DNA of 57,051 nt from an uncultured virus (IMG/VR IMGVR_UViG_3300031566_000004) (Duplodnaviria > Heunggongvirae > Uroviricota > Caudoviricetes): the IMG/VR virus record IMGVR_UViG_3300031566_000004; one strand, 5' to 3'. This document shows positions 28,735-40,800 of the stretch, in pieces. Numbering within the stretch: the first letter of the stretch is position 1; each line of letters starts with the position of its first letter. The notes below the pieces were generated by a model. The model ran no database searches, was not told where the DNA came from, and saw only the letters and a list, made by a program, of their open reading frames with translations. The position numbers and the translations under genes were made by a program.

Positions 28735-31700
28735 ATGGCAACATACTTACAGGGTGTAACAGACTACATCCCTAATGTAACATTCAATCCTGATTATAAC
28801 TTTTTTCAAGGAGCTCTTGCAACAAAACAAGGTCAATATGATCAAGGTTGGGAGCAAATTAATAGTGCATATAATAGCATACTAAATGCTCCATTAACTA
28901 GAGGAGCTAATCAAGAACGTAGAGATGAATGGTTGGGTAACATGGAAAGTCAACTAAGAAAGATATCTAATAGTGATCTTTCTTTACCACAAAACGTAGA
29001 TGCTGCAAGAGGGGTTTTTAAACCCTTTTACGAAGATGACCATATGGTTTATGATATTACGTGGACTAGACATTGGAATCAAGAAATGCAAAGATCAGAA
29101 GCTTTAAGAACGTGCATGGATGATGAAAAATGCGGTGATAAATATTGGCAAGGTGGTGTTGATTTATTAAACATAGAACGTCAAGAATTTGCTAATACTA
29201 CAGACGAGCAATCTCTTAAAACAGGTATGAGTAATTATGTTGATAATTTCAATATGATGAAGGAAGCTCAGAAATTAGCTAAAGAAGCCGGTTTTGAAAT
29301 TATACAAGAAGCACCTAACGGTAATTGGTTAGTTACACAAAAGAATGGTTCAATAGCTGAAAGACCTTTATCAGATTTTATATCAGCTGCAATGAGCACT
29401 AATCAACGAGCTATAAACTTTTATAAAGGGAAAGCTAAGTTACTAAGAGTTAGTGATCAAGAATCTTATGCTCAAATATACGGAGATATAACAGCAGCTC
29501 AAGAACAGCAAATAGCTAAAGTTAAGAATGCTCAAAATTTAAATAATCAAGCAGCTAAAGAAGCTAAAGGTAAGGTTAGTTCTGCAAAACGTGAAATAGA
29601 CTATATATCAAATGGTGGTGTTAAAAAAATTACACCAAAATCTATATTAGAAGCAGAATTAGAAAAGTTACAACAAGATTTAAATATTTATGAAGGAAGC
29701 TCAGCTAGAATTCAAAATACAGCTAATAGTACTAATTCTGCAATAGAAAACGTAGGAATAGAGGGGGTTATTCAAAATCCTGCTATGTCTGATAATATTA
29801 TAGCAAGCGCTATGATGAATGGTGATATAATGAATTCAGCAAGAGCTATTGCTAACATTAATACATCACAAACTTTAAAAGCAAATCCTTTTGTTGTTCA
29901 AGCGATTAGTCATCAAAATGCTATGCAGAGAGATGCTATTAATAATGAAAATTCACTATTAAAAGAATTTATTAAAGGTGACATGTCAGTAGAAGACATA
30001 GCACTTCTTACTGATAATCGTGATCTACTAGATAAAATTAAAAACATTCAAGCAGATAGAGATGCTATTGAGTTAGAAAAATTAGAGAAAATACCTAAAC
30101 TAAAAACTAAAACATATGATGAACCTTCAATTGTTGACTGGTTACCTGATCAAGAAGGTTATGATAAGTATGTAGATAAAATTAATAGTGTTATTAATAC
30201 TGTTAAAGACGAACATCAGAAATTAAGTGTCAGTGTATCTGACAAGCTAACAGCAGAATATAATGCTTTATACTCAGATAAAGAAGGTTCAAATTTTAAA
30301 GGAGTAGCTCAAACAACAACAAAAATAGGTGACCAACTTAAAAAGGTAGCTAAAGATGTTTTAAAAAATATGTCATTAACTGAAATGTTAAAGTATGGTA
30401 TAGAACCAGGCGAGCTAAAAGCATTTATAAATGATTTTCCTGACAGTAAAACTGATATACTTCCTGCAAGTATACCAGCTAAGTATAATGGTAAATTTTT
30501 TGAAAAAATATTAGAGGTTGGTGGTAAAATAGGATCTACAGTAAGTTACGCAAATATAGGGATCAATGGTGCTCCTGCTGAAAAGTTATCAAGACTATTT
30601 CAGTTGAACGTTGAAAAAAATAAATATGCTTCAGACTATGTAGAAAATAAAATATACAATAGTGTATATACTCCTGAAACAAAAATACAATTAAATAAAG
30701 CAGAGCAAGTTAAGAAAAAAGCAATAACAGAGCATAAGCAAATAACAGCTGACTATGCTGTTAAATCTGGTAATTCTGATTTTATTGATGAGAATGGTAA
30801 TGTTAAAAATTTTAATAATCTAGCTAACAATATGTTAGTAAAAGGTGATTATGAAAAATATTTTGCAGATGGTGCTTTGATAGGTTTTACGGGGACATCA
30901 GAAGCTAATGAATTATTAAGTGAAGCTGAAAATGTTTTCTTTGGTATTACTCCTTGGAAAGAAGGTTACACTAAACCTGAAGCTAAAAAGTTCATAGAAG
31001 AAAAATTAGGAATAACACTATCAGATGATGCTCTAAATAATTTACTTACTAAAAGTGTTCTTGACATAGACCGATGGGCAAGAAAAATGGGAACTCCCTA
31101 TGATACTTATGTATTTGACAGAGAGGCTTTAGCTGGTTTAGCTAATATGCACGCTAAGTATTCAAGTTATACCGAAGGACTTTTTGAACATTATAACTCT
31201 CAAGATAAAGTTTTAGATAATAGTAAATTTGGAGATTTAGGGGGCACATCAGGTTTAGCTATGGGTAAATATGGTGTTACTACTGGTGCTGTAACTATTG
31301 GTGAAGATGACGTAGTTAGAAGTCAGTTAAGAGAGTTTGTTAACGATGTTTCAGCTTTTAGTGTTATAGATGGTAACTTACTTGCAAATACAATGAATTT
31401 TGAAAGTGTTCCATCTGTGCCCGAAGGTAGCGTATATTTAGTAACATCAGGAGGAGGAGGTTCAACAGCAAATGAGGCTGACATAAATTCGTTACTTGGT
31501 TTATTACAAAACGACTATAAAACAAAAAATGGTATAAAACCTAAATCCCCTATAGTAACTTTTGACAGAAGAGAAGTAGATGAAAATGTATCTGAAGTAA
31601 CTTTCCATATTAATAATGAGGCAGCTGAAGCTAATAAAGTGGCTAGTAAGTATACAATGTATATTAATAATTCAGATTTACCTAAATATGGAGTATCTGC

Positions 31701-32193
31701 TGGCGAGTCAAGTGCTACATTAAATTCCAGAGCTTTACTTGACAAAAAAGGAGATAATTATAGCTTAAATTCTATTCGTGGAGAAGACTATGGTAAGGTT
31801 ACATTGACTAATGTTAATGGTGCTCAATCTTCTGTAGAGTTTACAGTTCCTGTTTATGATCCTTACAAAGATGCGTTTGTGCAAGAAACTGTAGAATCTT
31901 ATAACTATTCATCCGTTGGAGAAACAGATTATGGTAATTATGAGCTAGAATTATTACAAGAACAAGATAAATTTGTTGCTATAAACTATAGTAAAAAAAA
32001 TATTTTTGATTATCTAAAAACATCAAAAAATATTTCTACTGATGATGCTAATTATTTATATGGAGGATTAACTAAAAAAGCTCTTATTAGTATAATAGAA
32101 AATCCTAATAATATACCATTAGTATTATCGCACCCAACTGCATACAGTACTCCAGAAGCACATCAAAAAGCTTTAACATTACTTAATAATTAA
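28735..32193 (+). CDS. Cargo/ejection protein
   Basis: 1152-aa helical protein, first of the giant-gene operon that includes the virion RNAP. Confidence 0.55.
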   Translation: MATYLQGVTDYIPNVTFNPDYNFFQGALATKQGQYDQGWEQINSAYNSILNAPLTRGANQERRDEWLGNMESQLRKISNSDLSLPQNVDAARGVFKPFYEDDHMVYDITWTRHWNQEMQRSEALRTCMDDEKCGDKYWQGGVDLLNIERQEFANTTDEQSLKTGMSNYVDNFNMMKEAQKLAKEAGFEIIQEAPNGNWLVTQKNGSIAERPLSDFISAAMSTNQRAINFYKGKAKLLRVSDQESYAQIYGDITAAQEQQIAKVKNAQNLNNQAAKEAKGKVSSAKREIDYISNGGVKKITPKSILEAELEKLQQDLNIYEGSSARIQNTANSTNSAIENVGIEGVIQNPAMSDNIIASAMMNGDIMNSARAIANINTSQTLKANPFVVQAISHQNAMQRDAINNENSLLKEFIKGDMSVEDIALLTDNRDLLDKIKNIQADRDAIELEKLEKIPKLKTKTYDEPSIVDWLPDQEGYDKYVDKINSVINTVKDEHQKLSVSVSDKLTAEYNALYSDKEGSNFKGVAQTTTKIGDQLKKVAKDVLKNMSLTEMLKYGIEPGELKAFINDFPDSKTDILPASIPAKYNGKFFEKILEVGGKIGSTVSYANIGINGAPAEKLSRLFQLNVEKNKYASDYVENKIYNSVYTPETKIQLNKAEQVKKKAITEHKQITADYAVKSGNSDFIDENGNVKNFNNLANNMLVKGDYEKYFADGALIGFTGTSEANELLSEAENVFFGITPWKEGYTKPEAKKFIEEKLGITLSDDALNNLLTKSVLDIDRWARKMGTPYDTYVFDREALAGLANMHAKYSSYTEGLFEHYNSQDKVLDNSKFGDLGGTSGLAMGKYGVTTGAVTIGEDDVVRSQLREFVNDVSAFSVIDGNLLANTMNFESVPSVPEGSVYLVTSGGGGSTANEADINSLLGLLQNDYKTKNGIKPKSPIVTFDRREVDENVSEVTFHINNEAAEANKVASKYTMYINNSDLPKYGVSAGESSATLNSRALLDKKGDNYSLNSIRGEDYGKVTLTNVNGAQSSVEFTVPVYDPYKDAFVQETVESYNYSSVGETDYGNYELELLQEQDKFVAINYSKKNIFDYLKTSKNISTDDANYLYGGLTKKALISIIENPNNIPLVLSHPTAYSTPEAHQKALTLLNN

Positions 32194-32198
32194 AATAT

Positions 32199-35100
32199 AT
32201 GCCTGATTATAGTAAACTTAACTTAGGTGATCCACTTAAGATAAACAACATGGATTATGCTAATATTAATTTTGCAGATGATGCTAACTCAACACCGCTC
32301 GACTCTTATAATGATTTAAGAAATGTAAGCTCTGGTGTTAAAGATCCTTTTTCTCAAATGGGTGCTCAATATTTTGACGCTAGTAGTAAGGGTTTTAATT
32401 ATGAAAGATATTATAATCATCCTAAATTTAATAAGTTAGGTTTCTCTCCTTATAGAGATAATGAAGCAGTGTATAATGCTAATAGTTCTTGGCTTGATGA
32501 AATGTCGAGAGCAAGTGGTCAGTGGGGTACTTTGGCAAAAATAGGCGCTATGTCTAACATAAAGTCAATGGGGAGAATGTTAGGAGGAGATTTTTCTCCA
32601 GACTTAAGTGAAGCAAGAGAGTATGAACGAGCTGCTAATATTGGTTCATCATCTAAAGGTGGTATTGGTGGTTTTACAACTAATCTATATTTAAACTCAG
32701 GTTATACTGTAGGTATGATTGCTGAAATATTTGCAGAAGAAGCTATTATGGCTATAGGCTCCGCGGTAACATTTGGAGGAGCTGCTCCTGCTGCAGGTGT
32801 TAGAACAGGTTACAATGCTGGTAAGCTGGGTAAAGCTTTTAGTAATATGTTTGATTATACTAAAGCTGTTAAATCTTTTGATAAGGTTAAAGATGTTAGC
32901 AATATGTCTAAAGCTAATAATTTTTATAAAAATGCTAATAAAGTTGGTGATTTTTTAAATCCTTTGTCAGGAACTACAAATACATTACGTAATTGGGATA
33001 AGATGGATAATCTTACCAATTTAGCTAAAACAAGTAAAACAGCTGCTAACTTCTATAGGGATGTAAGAGAGCTTAACATGGTTGTGTCAGAATCTCAGTT
33101 AGAAGCAGGTATGGCTTTTAATTCTGTTAAAGATGATTTATATGATGAATATATAACTCAAAATGGTAAGGCTCCCGGTGTAGATGACATGGAGAAAATA
33201 AGTAATGCCGCACTTGCTGCACAAGATATGTCTTTTTACTCTAACTTAGGTTTAATCTATATGACCAACAAAGTTAGTTTTGCTCCTATTTTTAAAAAAT
33301 TTAAAGGAGGTGTTTCTACAGATTTATTTCAAGGCCAAGGTTACAAGATGATCCTTAACAAAGAAGGTCTTAAAGATGCTACACAACAGGCTGTTAAAGT
33401 AGTTAAAGATGGTACAAATAAGTTATTTAGTAAAGCTACCTTAAAAAACCCTAAAGCCGGTTTAAAGGCAACAGCATTAGGTGCACTTAAATATTCTAAA
33501 GCAAATTTTTCAGAAGGTATTCAAGAATATTTCCAAGAGTCTATAAGTGAAGGCGCTACATCTTATGCAAAAGATTTATATTCAGATAATTTAGAAGGTG
33601 GTTATTGGAATTATATGGCAGATGGAATTAAATCTATGGCGAATGGTCAAGGTTTTGAGGTTTTTATGTCAGGTTTTCTTATGGGAGCACCTATAACGTT
33701 AGCACAGAAAACAGGTATTAAAACTTTTGACTATGCAGACGCAAAAATATTTAAGAAAAAAGCTGCAGAAAAAAAAGAAAAAAAAGAACAAATAATTAAA
33801 AATGCTGAAAAAACAGCAGATATTTTAAATGATTGGCTTAAGAATAACCCTCAAGATTTTTTTAATTCAAACATAGAAGCATTAAGAAATCAAAGTACAA
33901 GTCAAAGTAAGATGGATGAAGCTGAAATGACTGGTGACCAAAAAGCTTATCAGGATGCTAAAAGTGCTAAAGACATTGCAAGAGCTTTAGATATAATTAA
34001 AAGCCCTCAGAAATTCGAACATTTTAAAAGTATTTATAATGAGTTAGCTAGCTTATCTGATGATGAGTTAGTAAGTGCGTTTGGAGTTAAAGGACAATCA
34101 GGTGAGTCTATTAGAAATAGTATATATAATGATTTAAATAGAGTTCACAAGATACAACAAACTAGAAAAAAATTAGAAAAAATTAATCCTTTTAACCCTA
34201 ATATATCTAAGTTAAAAGAACCTTCATCAGAAGACATTGCTCAAGTAATAGGTTATAATGCTTGGGAAGCTGCTATTGATGATGTCACTTTTCTTCAAGA
34301 AGACTTTGACAACACAATTAGTAGAATTACTAAATTAGGAGATGAGCTACTAAATAATAATATGTTTAGTGTTTTTAAATCTGTAAGTTATGGTGGTAAA
34401 ACTAAAATTTCTCCACAAGATGTTCAAGCAACATTTTCTGTAGAAGGAATGGCTCAACAATTATCATTATTAAATGCAGAAATAGAAGCATTAAGTTACG
34501 CTGAAAATAAAACACCAGAAGAAGTTAAATTATTAAAAAATAAAAGACAGCAAGCAAGATCTTTAAAAAGATTATTTGAAACAGTTAATGTTAATACTGA
34601 AAAAACTAAAGAAGAAAGTGAGAATCTAAAAGAATATTTAAAAGAATTACAAAAAGAAATAAGTGAATATGAGTCTCTTGATTTAACAGAAAAATATCAA
34701 AATAAACTTAAAGAATTAAAAGATCAAGAAGCTTACATAAGAACAAAACATTTTGAAAGAGATGGTAGTCTTAGAGATACATACTTAGATCTTAAAAATT
34801 ATTTTAAAACATTAGCTGAAGTTAACGGAGAAATATTTGATGCAACAAACTTTGATGAAATGTTTGTTAAATATAAAGATCTTTATGCTTTAAGAGAAGA
34901 TGGTAACAATTTATCTAAATCTATTAATGTATTAGCAGATCCTAAAGGTTTCATGAATCACTTTACAGCATTAGAACAATCTTATAGAGATAAATGGGCT
35001 AATCGTAAAGATTATTTAAAAGAAGTTCTTGAGACTCATTATACGTCAGAGGAAATGAATAAGTTAGCCAACGAACTTCTAGATAAATTTGGTGTATTTT

Positions 35101-37820
35101 TATTACCAGAAGATCTTGCTAAAATATTTGATGAAGAAAGTGAACAAAGATTTCCTAATGAAATTTTTGATGCTCACACATTAAAGCCTGTTCAAAACCC
35201 AACAGTTGTTGCGGAAGTAATACAATATCTTGCTAAAGGTATACTTAAACCTATTCAAGAAGAGATTACTAAAGAAGAGGGTGAAGGTAAAATAGAGGAC
35301 GCAATTGATCAAGAGAAATATCCTAATATATTTAAATATGCTACTTTTATATTTCCTCAATCAGAAGGGGGTAATGATTTATCTATAGATTTCTTTAATG
35401 AAATAGTTGATGCCTTTACAGCATTAGACAAAGATGAACAAGAAGCTTATGGTGATGTAGATATCTTATTTGAAAAAAATCCTAAAGTTATACAGAATCT
35501 TAAATCTAAATATAAAATACTAGGTGAAACTCAAGCTAAAGAAGATGCTGAAAAAGCTAAAGTTAAAGAAGTAGTTGACGAGGAAGCCGTTAAAGTAGAT
35601 AAGCAACAAGAAACTTTAGATAAGCTATCTGCGTTACAAGAGAAGAATAAAAACTTTAAAACAGTTACAACAACTATTTCTAAACCAACACAACAATCTA
35701 ATGAAACTGAAGCTAAAAAAGTTGAACTAGAAGCACTTATAGATAGAGAAATGATTTTTCTTGAAAGTGAGGAAATATCAAAAACAATAGATGAATTTTC
35801 AAATACTAATTTAGATAGAAACGGAAAAGAAAATCTTTTATTATCAGATATTCAAAATATTGTAGAAGATTGGGGAATAGATGAACAATCTGTTTCTGAA
35901 TATATGAAAATGCAAGGCACTACTCTTATAAAAGCTGTTTGGAGAAATAATAAAGCTGAATTTTTTAAACTATTAGAAGCTTGGAAAAAAGCTACAGAAT
36001 TAAAAGCAGAACTAAAATCAACACAACAAGATGGTGGAAGTAAGTCACAAACATCTATTTATACAGATGGTAAACTTAAATTAGAAAGACAGTCTAATTT
36101 TAAAGATAGAGTAAATGGCACAACAACTGAATCTAATGACAATATGGCTCAAGGAGCTGCTAGAGGTAACTTAGCTGATATAGTTGGTAGAGATATATTT
36201 GACGGTAAAACAAAAGAAGAAGTTAAAGCAAACAGAGAAAATTATCTAGAAACAGCTAATGAGATGAATGCTAAATCTAGTAGATTTAAAGTAAACATAG
36301 AGCAAGAGCAATTTGAGATAATGGTAGATGCTTTCTTTACACTTAAAGATAATCTAGAAAAACAAGGTTATAAATTTGTAGCTAATGATGTATTTACTTA
36401 TATGGAATTTACAGACGCTGAAAAGAAAGCTACAGGTCTTGACGGTGTTGGTGGTACTTTAGATTTAGTAGCTGTTGCTCCAGATGGTACAATAGCTATT
36501 ATAGATTTTAAAACACTTAAAGCAGGGAATCAAACTACAGCAGCTAAATACATATTTAACGAAGGTGAATTTGAACCTAGAGTTAAAGGATGGTCTGACC
36601 AACAAACAATATATGAGGATTTACTAAGATCTTCTGAAGGAATAGAATCAAGTAGTATTAACATCTTTACTTTAGTTTCTAATTATGAAATGGATGGTGA
36701 TACAGTAAATGTTACATCTGCTGAAGGATTTGAACAAGTTACTCCAGAAAGTACTGTTGATGGTGTTCCCGGATTAATTAAACTAAAAAGATCACCAATA
36801 ACATCTTTACTTAAAAAAGCTGTAAAAGGTTATGTAGATAAAGAAACTGTTAAAAAGAAAGTTGAAGATGATAGTATAATTCCAGCTAAAGGTCAAAAAA
36901 TACCAACTGGAATAGACCCTAATATTGCAATAGATCTTGAAGAAAGTCCACTAAACGAGCAAGAAACAGAAGCATTAGCTTCACTTAAAGATACAGGTTT
37001 TGTTATTAAATCTTATACAGATAAAATTAAAGGTATTGGTGTAGCTCAGACTAAAATATTTAAACATGGTAATAAATTATTTAAAATATCCTATGTAGGT
37101 TATAGAGATTCTACAGAAGTATATAATACCAGTATAATTACGGAAGAAACGCCACAATTAAAAGCTTGGTCTAAAGGACAAGGAAAGTCACATGTTTATA
37201 TAGTTCAAGAAATTACAAATGAGATTACAGATGAAATTTTAGATGAAGCAGACATTGTTTCTACAAGTAAATATGTAAAAAATGTAATGAAGGATGTGAT
37301 ACCTAAAATTCCTTCTATACATACAATAAAAGATAATGCTTTAAGAGATAAAGTTTACACAAAAATTGAGAAATTACTCAAGAGTAAAGAAAATAAATTA
37401 GAAAAATTACTGGGAGGTACAGCAAATTTCACTATTTTTATAAATAACTTAGTCGATGAAGTAATTGCTGATTATAAAAATTCTATAAATAAACCAGGAC
37501 CTGTTGGAGAAGTAGCCGAAGGATCTTTTGTAGAAGTAGAAGGTAAACAACAAAAAGTAGTTAAGCAAGATAAAGATAGTACTACAATAAAAGATGCTGA
37601 TGGTGAAACTAAGCAAGTTAAGAAAACAAGCACTGTTACTAAAACAGCTGTTAAAAAAGAAAAATCTATGTTAAGTAAAGATTCTGTTAAAGCAATGATT
37701 GCCACTTTGCAAGTGAATTCTAAAAAATTAGATAAAGATAAAGCTTTGGCAAAAATTAAGCAAGATTCTAAAGATTTTAAATCTGGTTTTATTAACGCCC
37801 TTAAAAATAATTGTAAGTAA
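32199..37820 (+). CDS. Large cargo/ejection protein with hydrophobic helices and a PD-(D/E)xK nuclease domain
   Basis: 1873 aa; Gly/Ala-rich hydrophobic segments, coiled coils, and GTLDLVAVxxDGxxxIIDFKT...QQxIY. Confidence 0.7.
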   Translation: MPDYSKLNLGDPLKINNMDYANINFADDANSTPLDSYNDLRNVSSGVKDPFSQMGAQYFDASSKGFNYERYYNHPKFNKLGFSPYRDNEAVYNANSSWLDEMSRASGQWGTLAKIGAMSNIKSMGRMLGGDFSPDLSEAREYERAANIGSSSKGGIGGFTTNLYLNSGYTVGMIAEIFAEEAIMAIGSAVTFGGAAPAAGVRTGYNAGKLGKAFSNMFDYTKAVKSFDKVKDVSNMSKANNFYKNANKVGDFLNPLSGTTNTLRNWDKMDNLTNLAKTSKTAANFYRDVRELNMVVSESQLEAGMAFNSVKDDLYDEYITQNGKAPGVDDMEKISNAALAAQDMSFYSNLGLIYMTNKVSFAPIFKKFKGGVSTDLFQGQGYKMILNKEGLKDATQQAVKVVKDGTNKLFSKATLKNPKAGLKATALGALKYSKANFSEGIQEYFQESISEGATSYAKDLYSDNLEGGYWNYMADGIKSMANGQGFEVFMSGFLMGAPITLAQKTGIKTFDYADAKIFKKKAAEKKEKKEQIIKNAEKTADILNDWLKNNPQDFFNSNIEALRNQSTSQSKMDEAEMTGDQKAYQDAKSAKDIARALDIIKSPQKFEHFKSIYNELASLSDDELVSAFGVKGQSGESIRNSIYNDLNRVHKIQQTRKKLEKINPFNPNISKLKEPSSEDIAQVIGYNAWEAAIDDVTFLQEDFDNTISRITKLGDELLNNNMFSVFKSVSYGGKTKISPQDVQATFSVEGMAQQLSLLNAEIEALSYAENKTPEEVKLLKNKRQQARSLKRLFETVNVNTEKTKEESENLKEYLKELQKEISEYESLDLTEKYQNKLKELKDQEAYIRTKHFERDGSLRDTYLDLKNYFKTLAEVNGEIFDATNFDEMFVKYKDLYALREDGNNLSKSINVLADPKGFMNHFTALEQSYRDKWANRKDYLKEVLETHYTSEEMNKLANELLDKFGVFLLPEDLAKIFDEESEQRFPNEIFDAHTLKPVQNPTVVAEVIQYLAKGILKPIQEEITKEEGEGKIEDAIDQEKYPNIFKYATFIFPQSEGGNDLSIDFFNEIVDAFTALDKDEQEAYGDVDILFEKNPKVIQNLKSKYKILGETQAKEDAEKAKVKEVVDEEAVKVDKQQETLDKLSALQEKNKNFKTVTTTISKPTQQSNETEAKKVELEALIDREMIFLESEEISKTIDEFSNTNLDRNGKENLLLSDIQNIVEDWGIDEQSVSEYMKMQGTTLIKAVWRNNKAEFFKLLEAWKKATELKAELKSTQQDGGSKSQTSIYTDGKLKLERQSNFKDRVNGTTTESNDNMAQGAARGNLADIVGRDIFDGKTKEEVKANRENYLETANEMNAKSSRFKVNIEQEQFEIMVDAFFTLKDNLEKQGYKFVANDVFTYMEFTDAEKKATGLDGVGGTLDLVAVAPDGTIAIIDFKTLKAGNQTTAAKYIFNEGEFEPRVKGWSDQQTIYEDLLRSSEGIESSSINIFTLVSNYEMDGDTVNVTSAEGFEQVTPESTVDGVPGLIKLKRSPITSLLKKAVKGYVDKETVKKKVEDDSIIPAKGQKIPTGIDPNIAIDLEESPLNEQETEALASLKDTGFVIKSYTDKIKGIGVAQTKIFKHGNKLFKISYVGYRDSTEVYNTSIITEETPQLKAWSKGQGKSHVYIVQEITNEITDEILDEADIVSTSKYVKNVMKDVIPKIPSIHTIKDNALRDKVYTKIEKLLKSKENKLEKLLGGTANFTIFINNLVDEVIADYKNSINKPGPVGEVAEGSFVEVEGKQQKVVKQDKDSTTIKDADGETKQVKKTSTVTKTAVKKEKSMLSKDSVKAMIATLQVNSKKLDKDKALAKIKQDSKDFKSGFINALKNNCK
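35679..35718 (+). repeat. 40-nt intragenic repeat, copy A (SKPTQQSNETEAK)
   Basis: 36/40 nt identical to 40112-40151 in the next gene. Confidence 0.85.
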
Positions 37821-40800
37821 TGATTTGTGCATTAGGAGATGAAGCTTTAGAATACGTATACGCTAGTGTGTATAAAGAATTACAAACTTTAGTTGATAAT
37901 AATCAACTCTTAAACTTAAAGAGTTTATTACAAAATCAGTATAATAGTTTAGCAGAAGAAGTAGGTCATGAACTTGCCTTAGAAGCTGTACATATTATGC
38001 CTATGTATGCTCTTCAAGCAATGGTTGATGATAGTGAGTTTCTATCTTATTTTAAAGATAACTTTAATGAGATTAGTGAAACAGCTACTTTATTTCAAGA
38101 TCCTACTAAAATAGTAGAGTACTTAGAGTCTACATTAACTCCAGTACAAATTGCTGTTAATAGAAGTAAGATAGATGCAGCTGTACCAACTAATAAAAGA
38201 GTTGAAGCAGTTGAACCACCTAAAGAAGTTACTAAAGCTTCTGATAGACCTGAAACACCTAATGTTACTTACTTTTGGGAAGCTTCATATGGCAATGTAA
38301 ATAGTGAAGGATTTTACGCTTATGGTTTATTAAGAAAGCTTAGTTCTGAATTCCCAGGTAATCCTGATTTTACAACATTAACTTATAATGGTCATACAGG
38401 TTTCAGATTAAAGATGGTAACATCAGAAGAACTTGAAAAAAGTAATGATCTTTATGAGCAAGATAAAGACTTTAAAGAAAAGAATCCTGAAGAATTTAAT
38501 AAAGCAGCAAATGTAGTAGTTACAGATAATGAAGGTAATACTTTATATTTTGATGAAAACTACAATATTTCAAAAGAAAAAAAAGAAGGCTACAAGGCTA
38601 TTTATTTTAAAACAAGAAAACCTGTTAAAGATACCGACGGTAACTGGACACATACTTCATTAAAAAAAGAAATAAAAGAAGGTAAAGAATTTGACGTAAT
38701 AGTTGATGGTGTTAGACAAAGAGCATCTACTATACAAACGCCAAAAGAAATAGCGCATTCTAAGAAGATAAATAGTAAAGAAGCATCTAAATATATACAA
38801 GATGAATATAACAAGCTTGTAGAGCTCCAAAATAAGCTTTTAGAGTCCGGTAAAGCTATTTTACTAGACATAGAATATTTAAGTGAAGGATTTCCTATAG
38901 TAAACTTAGGAGAAAAAAGTAAAACACAACTTAAGGATGTTGATTTTTCTGAAACATATCAAGGATATGCTCTTACAGAAGTTAAACGTGGTGTTTACCA
39001 GATTACGTTAACTAATCCTAATAAGCAAGATAATATTACCGTAAGACAAAATAAACTTACACAAGCTCAACAAAATATAATTTCAGAATTACTTTTTAAC
39101 CCAGCTCTTTCTAATCCAAGAAAATTAGGTAAAAACAAAGTACTTAATGCAAAAGAAAGACATGAGATATTAACTACATTAGTTGGTGATCAATTATATT
39201 TTAAATACGACTATAATTCAAAAGAAGTTCTTCCTACAAACATTAGACTAGTCACTAATGTTAAAGGCAAAAATGTTGCTGAAATTAATGTTACACCTGA
39301 ATACTTGAAAGATAGTTTTTTTAATTCTCCTTTAGGTGATGGGGAAGTAGTAGACGGGGTAACTAAAAATCAAAAAAATAGAATTAATATATTAAGTAGT
39401 TTTATAGGGAAAAATATTAGTGCTCCTATTAAAGTAGAAAATAACGAGATAACTATGGAAACAATGAGTTATGATGACTTCATAATTCAAAACGCTTATA
39501 CTACTAATGAAACACTTAATTATAAGGGTAAAAAGGTTATTTTTAGAAAACACCCATATTTTAAATTTACTCCTTCAGATCAAGCTATTCAAGAAGAAAC
39601 TAAAGAAATAAATGAGACTGCGGGTACTATGACCCAGACAACTCCTTATGGTACTACTGCAGGCCCTATTCTAACGACTTCGACAGCACAACAAACTAAT
39701 GAGGTTGAAATAATATATTCTCCAATAGACATGTCAGGCTATGGTAAAAGTTATAAACAAGCTGATATATCAAAAGGAGGAAAAAGCATAGTCTTTAATA
39801 CACACCAAAATACTATTAGAAAAGATAATAATGGAGTAATAGAATTGTCTATAGATGATGTAGACGGTAAAACTTTCTATCCAATATCAGTAGATTTAAG
39901 TAAAACTGCTGAATATGCTGATTATAAAAAGAAATTAGATATACTTAATGCTGAAAGAAAAAGATTAAAAGAAGCTGGAGAAAAAGGTGTTGAAGATATG
40001 CTTAGAGGTATGGGAGCTTCCATGAGTGTTGCGAAAAAACAATTATTAGAACTTATAGCAACGGAATTAAAAAAGAAGAATAGAGTTGCTCCATATAAAG
40101 GGGGAGAGTTATCTAAACCAACACAACAAACTAATGAAGTTAAAGCTAAAACTAAATTTACACCTAACCCTTTTACAGAGACGGAAGTAGACCCTGATGA
40201 ATTAATGAGATCTAAAAAATTAGACTCAGGTGTAACTAAAGAACAAATAGAGAAGGCTCAAAAATGGTATGAATCTTCAGATATTAATAAACTACTAGGT
40301 TACAAACAAGCATTTAATATAGTTAATTCTGACGCATACGCTACATTTAGCTCTGCTGGAATAACATTATTTAATGGAAGTAATTTTACAGATTTATATC
40401 ATGAATCATGGCATGCTTTTTCTCAATTATTTTTAACTGTTGGAGATAAAACTAAATTATACAATGAAGTAAGTAAGTTATCCGGTAGTTTTACTAATCA
40501 TAATGGACAACAAGTTAAATTTAAAGATGCTAGTTATTTAGAAATAGAAGAATTCTTAGCTGAAGATTTTAGATCTTACATGTTATCAGATGGTACTAAA
40601 GTCTTTAAAGGTAGAACTGCAACTAATAATATATTTAAAAGAATTTTAAACTTCTTAAAAAACTTTTTTAAAGGGACTAAAGCAATAGACTATAGCACCA
40701 TTAACACACAAAATTCTGTTAAAGAACTTTATGATAAACTTAGAGTTGGTAATTTAAACGAATATAATGCTAGTGTTAGTAACATGATGTTTGGTAAACT

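Noticed and set aside
36990..37640. Possible ASCH-like and SH3/KOW-like small domains near the C-terminus of ORF 32199
   Set aside because: Resemblance is too weak to support without a profile search.
35679..40151. CRISPR array or diversity-generating retroelement as explanation for the 40-nt repeats
   Set aside because: Copies are few, in frame and separated by hundreds to thousands of bases; no cas or reverse transcriptase gene in the window; the repeat is short for a TR/VR pair.
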